Of a DNA stretch of 11,422 nt, positions 6,461-11,422 are shown piece by piece. This stretch comes from Myxococcota bacterium (lineage in GTDB: Bacteria > Myxococcota_A > UBA796 > CAJQPC01). The position numbers and the translations under genes are program-made. Positions within the stretch are counted from its first letter, which is position 1. Every line of letters begins with the position of its first letter. The stretch covers positions 1 through 11,422 of the forward strand of contig DASCPX010000180.1 in NCBI GenBank assembly GCA_036012755.1. Direction: 5' to 3'. Below the pieces are notes generated by a model, which ran no database searches, was not told where the DNA came from, and was given only the letters and a program-made list of their open reading frames with translations.

Positions 6461-7513
6461 GTGTTTCATCTGTTGTTTGCGAGTGCGTTCGCCCAGGGCA
6501 ACGCGCTCAACCCCGACATCGCGTTCATCGCGGACATCGCAGCGGCCGGCTTCTCAGGGGATCCCCTGCAGACCGGCGCGCACGATCCCCAGCAGAACGG
6601 CTTCAACCTCCAACAGCTCGAGCTGTCGGTGGGCCAGGCCGTCGACCCCTACTTCCGCTTCGACGGGAACATCGTCTTCGCCCAGTTCGGCGTGGAGATC
6701 GAAGAGGTCTACGCGACCACCCTCGGCCTGCCTGGCGGCACCCAGATCCGCGCCGGGCAGTTCCTGACGCGCTTCGGTCGCCACAACCCCACCCACCCCC
6801 ACACGTGGGACTTCGCCGACCAGCCCTGGGTGACCGGTCGCGTGATGGGCGCCGAGGGCAACCGGGGACTGGGCGTCGAAGGCAGCTGGCTTGCGCCGAC
6901 GCCGTTCTACCTGGAGCTCGTCGTCAGCGAGACGATGCTCGGCGGCGCCGCGACGAACCGGTCGTGGTCGGACTTCTCGGGGGTCGAAGGGCCCTTCGAC
7001 CTGCAGACCACCGCATCGGCGAAGACGTTCCTGGCGCCGCACGACGACCTGTCGGTGCTGGCCGGTGTCTCCTGGGCTGTCGGCCCCAACGGCACGGGAC
7101 GCGACAACCGCTCCGAGCTGTTCGGCGGCGACGTGACGCTGAAGTACCGACCCATCACCCGCGCGTCGGGACACCAGATCGCGCTGACCAGCGAGTGGAT
7201 CCAGCGGCGCCGCCAGCTGCCGGGCGAACTGGTCACGGACTGGACCGGCCTGACCGCCCTGACCTGGCGCAACCAGCGCGTCGGGCTGGGCGCTCGCCAC
7301 GAGCTGGGGACGCCGTCGACCGGCAGCGACCCGCTCGACCCGGCCTGGGTCGCCAACCGCCACCGCTGGTCCGGTGCGGCCACGTACTGGCCCACCGAGT
7401 TCTCCCGTCTCCGCCTCCAGGGCGCCCGCGACACCGGCATCGACGCGCCGCTCTACAGCGTGTTCCTGGCCTTCGAGTTCGCGGTCGGAGCCCACGGCAG
7501 CCACGCCTTCTAG
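6461..7513 (+). CDS. Outer-membrane beta-barrel (porin-like, His-motif-containing) linked to the metal ABC transporter
   Basis: Signal peptide ending AFA-Q; alternating amphipathic strands; 'NPDI', 'EIEEVY', 'RAGQFLTRFGRHNPTHPHTWDF', 'PTEFSRLRLQ'; C-terminal GAHGSHAF ending in Phe. At 350 aa it is too short for a plugged TonB-dependent receptor. Confidence 0.8.
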   Translation: MFHLLFASAFAQGNALNPDIAFIADIAAAGFSGDPLQTGAHDPQQNGFNLQQLELSVGQAVDPYFRFDGNIVFAQFGVEIEEVYATTLGLPGGTQIRAGQFLTRFGRHNPTHPHTWDFADQPWVTGRVMGAEGNRGLGVEGSWLAPTPFYLELVVSETMLGGAATNRSWSDFSGVEGPFDLQTTASAKTFLAPHDDLSVLAGVSWAVGPNGTGRDNRSELFGGDVTLKYRPITRASGHQIALTSEWIQRRRQLPGELVTDWTGLTALTWRNQRVGLGARHELGTPSTGSDPLDPAWVANRHRWSGAATYWPTEFSRLRLQGARDTGIDAPLYSVFLAFEFAVGAHGSHAF

Positions 7514-7525
7514 CCAGGAAACATC

Positions 7526-8392
7526 ATGCTCCTCGCCCTCTTGAACCTCGCCCACGCCGACCTCAACGTGGTGGCCACACTGCCCGACCTGGCGGCCGTC
7601 TCCCAGGCGGTCGGCGGTGACCACGTGAAGGTCACGTCGATGGCGCTCCCCACCCAGGACCCGCACTTCGTCGACGCGAAGCCGAACCTGGCCGTCAAGC
7701 TGTCCAAGGCCGACGCGCTGGTCCACGTCGGCCTGGAGATGGAGATCGGGTGGCTCCCGACCCTGGTGACCGGCTCGCGCAACAAGGACGTCCAGTCCGG
7801 TGCGACGGGGAACATCGACTGCAGCCAGTACGTCACGGTGCTGGACAAGCCGGCGGGCGCCGTCGACCGGGCGATGGGCGACGTGCACGGCCAGGGCAAC
7901 CCCCACTACTTCTACGACCCGCGTCGCATGAAGGACGTCGCGCTCGGCCTCGCGGACCGATTCGGCCAGCTGGACCCCGAGTTCGCCGAGGTCTACACCG
8001 CGAACGCCCAGGCCTTCGCCGCGGACATCGACGCGCACCTGCCCGAGTGGGAGCGGCGTCTGGCCGGCTACCAGGGCGCCCCGGTCATCGGGTACCACCG
8101 CTCGTGGAGCTACCTGGCGGACTGGATCGGCTTCTCGGTGGTCGGCGCAGTCGAGCCCAAGCCCGGCATCCCGCCCACGCCCGGCCACATCGCCAAGACC
8201 GTCAACGGAGCCAAGGAGACCGGGGTCCAGCTCGTCCTGATCGAGTCGTTCTACCCGGCCACCAGCGCCTCTCTGGTCGCGGACAAGGCCGAGGCCACGC
8301 TGCTGACCCTCACGGCCGGCACGGACTTCCCGCGGCAGACGTACGTCGCCCACATCGACGCCTGGGTCGACAGCATGGAGGGGGCGCTGTGA
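7526..8392 (+). CDS. znuA: Metal ABC transporter substrate-binding protein (ZnuA/TroA cluster A-I)
   Basis: 'VVAT...VGGDHVKV', 'QDPHF', 'HGQGNPHYFYDP', 'YHRSWSY', 'EPKPGIPPT', 'IESFY': three His ligands plus a probable acidic ligand. AGGA SD upstream. Confidence 0.92.
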   Translation: MLLALLNLAHADLNVVATLPDLAAVSQAVGGDHVKVTSMALPTQDPHFVDAKPNLAVKLSKADALVHVGLEMEIGWLPTLVTGSRNKDVQSGATGNIDCSQYVTVLDKPAGAVDRAMGDVHGQGNPHYFYDPRRMKDVALGLADRFGQLDPEFAEVYTANAQAFAADIDAHLPEWERRLAGYQGAPVIGYHRSWSYLADWIGFSVVGAVEPKPGIPPTPGHIAKTVNGAKETGVQLVLIESFYPATSASLVADKAEATLLTLTAGTDFPRQTYVAHIDAWVDSMEGAL

Positions 8393-9057
8393 TCCTCCTC
8401 CTGACCGCCTGCACGATGCAGCCCGGCACCGGGTACGCGTCGCTCGACGAGGTCCTGCTCGACGTGGCCTTCGACCCGACCGAGGCCCGCGATCTGGGCG
8501 ACGGCCTGGTCCTGACCGATACGGGCGCCCGGGTCCAGTTCCAGGTGCTCGAGCTGGACGTGGCCGAGCTGCGCGTCGAAGAGCTGATCGGCGGCGTGAC
8601 CTTCTCCGAGCAGGACCCGCCCGATGGCTACAGCCTGTGCCACAACGGCCACTGTCATGCCGACGACGGCGAGCTGGTCGACTACGCGACCATCGAGGCC
8701 GAGATCGGCGGGGGGTCGTTCGAGACCGCTCTCTCCTGGCCGATCGACGGGACGATCGACGCGCTCGCCGGCGAGACGCTGACGCTCTCGTCGTGCCCTC
8801 AGGACCTGCCCGAGCTGAGCCTCCGCCGCCTCTCGATCGACGTGACCGAGCTGCGCTTCGAGGGCACGGTCGACGGCCAGGAGCTGTGGGCCAGCATGTC
8901 GGGCGACGCGCTCGGCCCCTTCACCCTGGACGTCGATCGGAGCGCCCCCGAGGCGTTCTCGCTCGACGCCGCCTTGATCTTCGACGGGACCGGCTTCGAC
9001 GGCCAGGACCCACCGATCACCCTCCCCCTTCCCATTCCAACGATGGAGCTACGATGA
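8389..9057 (+). CDS. Uncharacterised acidic lipoprotein with a CHNGHCH motif (222 aa)
   Basis: GTG 8389 overlaps the znuA TGA (GTGA), with GGAGG SD. Lipobox LTAC; 'DPPDGYSLCHNGHCHADDG' (CHNGHCH at 8638-8658). This is the real 3' part of track ORF 7750..9057. Confidence 0.8.
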   Translation: MILLLTACTMQPGTGYASLDEVLLDVAFDPTEARDLGDGLVLTDTGARVQFQVLELDVAELRVEELIGGVTFSEQDPPDGYSLCHNGHCHADDGELVDYATIEAEIGGGSFETALSWPIDGTIDALAGETLTLSSCPQDLPELSLRRLSIDVTELRFEGTVDGQELWASMSGDALGPFTLDVDRSAPEAFSLDAALIFDGTGFDGQDPPITLPLPIPTMELR

Positions 9058-9452
9058 TTTTCCTGACCACCCTGTTCGCTTGCACCGGCGCCGAAGAAGA
9101 AGAGCACGACGTCTTCCACGAGGCCTGCGAGGTCGCCGGCGAAGTACACCACTCGCTGGTCGAAGGCGACGAGATCGAGCTCGGCCATCCCAGCGAGATC
9201 ACGCTCACCGACCTGGGCGATGGTACGTACTCGGCGACGTTCGACCTCGATCACGCCGGCGCCGTCCTGTTCGTCGGCACCGAGGGCCTGACCGACCTGG
9301 GTGACAGCACCCCGAACCCCGACTGCCCCGACGAGATGCCCGAGCACTACGACATCGACGAGGCGACCACCGTGACGTTCGGACCCGCCGCCGTCGAGAC
9401 CGTGTGGGTCCTGTACACCGAGGCCGAAGGCCACGACCACGCCAACCATTGA
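9054..9452 (+). CDS. Uncharacterised His-rich acidic lipoprotein (132 aa)
   Basis: ATG 9054 overlaps the previous TGA (ATGA), with GGAG SD. Lipobox LFAC; 'EHDVFHEACE', 'EVHH', 'DCPDEMPEHY', C-terminal 'GHDHANH'. This is the real 3' part of track ORF 8637..9452. Confidence 0.8.
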   Translation: MIFLTTLFACTGAEEEEHDVFHEACEVAGEVHHSLVEGDEIELGHPSEITLTDLGDGTYSATFDLDHAGAVLFVGTEGLTDLGDSTPNPDCPDEMPEHYDIDEATTVTFGPAAVETVWVLYTEAEGHDHANH

Positions 9453-10132
9453 GCCTGCTGTCCTGCCAGTCCCTGCGCGTCGGGTACGCCCGTAAGGCGC
9501 TGCTGCCCGCGGTGGACATCACCGTCGAGCCCGGCCAGTTCTGGGCGGTGCTCGGGCGCAACGGGGCTGGCAAGACAACCCTCTTCCGCACGCTGCTGGG
9601 CCTGCAGAAGCCGGTCTCGGGCAGCGTCACGCTGTCCACCCAGCCGGCGTACCTGGCCCAACGTCTGGCCTTCGATCCGCTGTACCCGGTGCGTGTTCGC
9701 GAGCTGGTCGAGAGCGGGACCATCCACGGCTGGAGCTTCCTGCGCCCCCTGGCCAACCCCGTGGACGAGGCGCTCGAAGCCACGGGCATCGCGGACCTTG
9801 CCGACCGGACCTTCCGCAGCTTGTCCGGAGGCCAGAAGCAGCGCGCCTTGTTCGCTCGAATGCTGGCGACCGGCAGCAAGCTCGTCTTCCTGGACGAGCC
9901 GACGGTCGGCATGGACGCGGTCGCCGAGCGTGAAGTCATGGAGCTCCTGGCCCGACTGCGGGTCGAGTACGAGCTGACCGTCGTCGTTGTCACGCACTTC
10001 CTGGACGTGGCCCGAGCCCACGCCGACAACGTCCTGTTCCTGGACAAGGACGACCAGAACATCGTCAGCGGGCCGCTGGACGAGGTGTTCGCGCACCCCG
10101 CGTTCCAGGCACGCTACGGGCAGGTCCTGTGA
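9449..10132 (+). CDS. znuC: Metal ABC transporter ATP-binding protein
   Basis: Walker A GRNGAGKT, signature LSGGQ, Walker B VFLDEP, H-loop VTH. Start placed at TTG 9449, overlapping the upstream TGA (the track start at 9404 adds a non-ABC-like tail). Confidence 0.92.
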   Translation: MSLLSCQSLRVGYARKALLPAVDITVEPGQFWAVLGRNGAGKTTLFRTLLGLQKPVSGSVTLSTQPAYLAQRLAFDPLYPVRVRELVESGTIHGWSFLRPLANPVDEALEATGIADLADRTFRSLSGGQKQRALFARMLATGSKLVFLDEPTVGMDAVAEREVMELLARLRVEYELTVVVVTHFLDVARAHADNVLFLDKDDQNIVSGPLDEVFAHPAFQARYGQVL

Positions 10133-10959
10133 CCGTCACCGACTTCTTCGAGGCCTGGGACCTGTTCCGCGACGCGGTGCTGACCGGCGTCATCGCGGGC
10201 TCGGCGCTCGGCCTGCTGGGCGTCTTCATCGTCCTGCGCCGCATGGTCTTCGTGACGGCCGCCATCACCCAGTCCGCCGGGTTCGGCGTGGTGTTGGGCT
10301 TCTGGATCGGCATGATGACCGGGACCGAGGTGGACCCCGTCTTCTGGGCCGTCGGAGTGAGCCAGCTCGCCGCCGCAGTGTTCGCCATCAATCCGGCGCG
10401 CGTCCACCTGTCGCGCGAGTCCATCCTGGCGCTGGTCTGGCTGGTCGGCAGCGGCGGAGCCATCCTGCTCGGAGACCGCATCGCGGCCGAGGCCCACGAC
10501 GTGAAGGCCATCCTGTTCGGGACCGCCGTGCTCGTCCGACCCGAGGACCTGGTCGCGGTCGGCGCTGTCGGTACGCTCGCCATCGTCGGCGTGCTGCTGG
10601 CGCGACGTGGACTGGTCTTCGTCGGGGTCGACCCGGATGGCGCTCGAGTCCAGAAGGTCCCCGTCCGCCTGCTCGAGCTGGGCTTCCTGGCCCTGGTCAC
10701 GCTGGTCGCCAGCGTCGCCACCCGAGCGCTCGGAGCCTTGCCGGTGTTCGCGTTCTCGGTGCTGCCCGCAATGGCCGCCCTGCTCGCGACGCGACGGCTG
10801 AACGTGGCGCTCATCCTGGCGCTCGTCGGCGGCGGACTGGCGGCGTTCCTCGGCTACCTCGGGGCGTTCCTCTGGGACTTCCCGGTCGGGGCCGCGCAGG
10901 CCGCCACGGCCCTGGTGTTCGTGCTCCTGGCGCTGCCGTTCCGGCTGCTCCGGGGCTAG
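10129..10959 (+). CDS. znuB: Metal ABC transporter permease (ABC-3 family)
   Basis: Multiple TM helices, 'LGVFIVLRRMVF', 'ILFG', 'DPDGARV', 'LPAMAA', 'WDFPVGA'. GTGA overlap with znuC. Confidence 0.92.
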   Translation: MTVTDFFEAWDLFRDAVLTGVIAGSALGLLGVFIVLRRMVFVTAAITQSAGFGVVLGFWIGMMTGTEVDPVFWAVGVSQLAAAVFAINPARVHLSRESILALVWLVGSGGAILLGDRIAAEAHDVKAILFGTAVLVRPEDLVAVGAVGTLAIVGVLLARRGLVFVGVDPDGARVQKVPVRLLELGFLALVTLVASVATRALGALPVFAFSVLPAMAALLATRRLNVALILALVGGGLAAFLGYLGAFLWDFPVGAAQAATALVFVLLALPFRLLRG

Positions 10960-11001
10960 CGTCCCGGCATCGGATACACGCCGCCCAGCGAGGTCCAGAC
11001 C

Positions 11002-11247
11002 ATGAAGCAAGCCGCCGATCAGCGCCCAGAGCCCACCTACCAGCGGAAAGCCGCCATCGCCCAGGGCAGCGTCCTGGACCACGCGGGCGCCGTACGCGTC
11101 GAGCCCATCCCGGACTTCGACCTCGACAAGACCATCTTCCAGACGCTCGAGGGCAAGGCCGCCCGGTACGTGATGAGGGCTCGCGTCGGCAAGGAGGTCG
11201 TCTGGAACCCCGACAGCGCCGAGGGCGTGAGGGATAGCTCGCATTAG
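11002..11247 (+). CDS. Hypothetical protein, probably the N-terminus of a longer gene truncated near 11229
   Basis: GAGG SD before ATG 11002; strongly G/C-ending codons up to ...GAG GGC GTG (11229), then AGG GAT AGC TCG CAT TAG and non-coding-looking sequence. Confidence 0.55.
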   Translation: MKQAADQRPEPTYQRKAAIAQGSVLDHAGAVRVEPIPDFDLDKTIFQTLEGKAARYVMRARVGKEVVWNPDSAEGVRDSSH

Positions 11248-11422
11248 CGCCTCTCACTGCCCTATTCTCTCACGCTCGCTGGCCTCTTCGCGACCCTCGA
11301 GTCGCCGGAAGGCCTCCCTTCCGCCCTGGTGTCTCGGGCTCGGGCTCGCGAAGGCATGCATCCGGCGACGCCCACGTGCCGAGCACGCACCTCTCCCCTC
11401 CGACGGCTCCGCCACCGAGCCG

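Noticed and set aside
6554..8353. 599-aa minus-strand ORF, and other long antisense/alternate-frame ORFs (114..1130, 5308..6456, 6403..7620, 9987..11237, 10114..11244)
   Set aside because: Shadows of GC3-biased real genes; low-complexity Arg/Gly/Pro/Val composition with no motifs.
7750..9452. Long N-terminal extensions in track ORFs 7750..9057, 8637..9452 and 9404..10132
   Set aside because: They overlap upstream genes and are Arg/Pro-rich noise; coupled starts at 8389, 9054 and 9449 fit better.
1..11422. CRISPR array, tRNA, rRNA or riboswitch
   Set aside because: No regularly spaced repeats or recognisable RNA-family motifs seen by eye; an Rfam/Infernal scan would be needed to exclude divergent RNAs.

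Overview
GC-rich bacterial DNA; gene content and style suggest Myxococcota/deltaproteobacteria (inference). The left half (1-6016) is a mosaic of fragments joined at abrupt breakpoints: the 3' end of an unknown CDS, a 3'-truncated DDE-type transposase, a lower-GC segment (~925-4915) carrying a zinc-finger-like gene remnant and a minus-strand XRE-HTH / PcfJ-like / alpha-beta hydrolase cluster, an internal fragment of a BREX pglZ, and the 3' part of an LpqC/PHB-depolymerase-like esterase fused back-to-back with it. The right half (6056-10959) is an intact, tightly coupled 7-gene metal (probably Zn) uptake operon: a His/Cys-rich exported leader protein ending in RGPP...SPP (DUF2946/CruR/CutF-like candidate ribosome-arrest peptide), a plug-less outer-membrane beta-barrel, ZnuA, two uncharacterised His/Cys/acidic lipoproteins, ZnuC and ZnuB. 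A probably truncated gene and a structured non-coding stretch end the window. The best candidate for an undescribed system is the leader-peptide-controlled porin + lipoprotein + ABC metal importer, whose exported proteins also have unusually short signal peptides. All family calls come from motif recognition by eye; no database searches were run.
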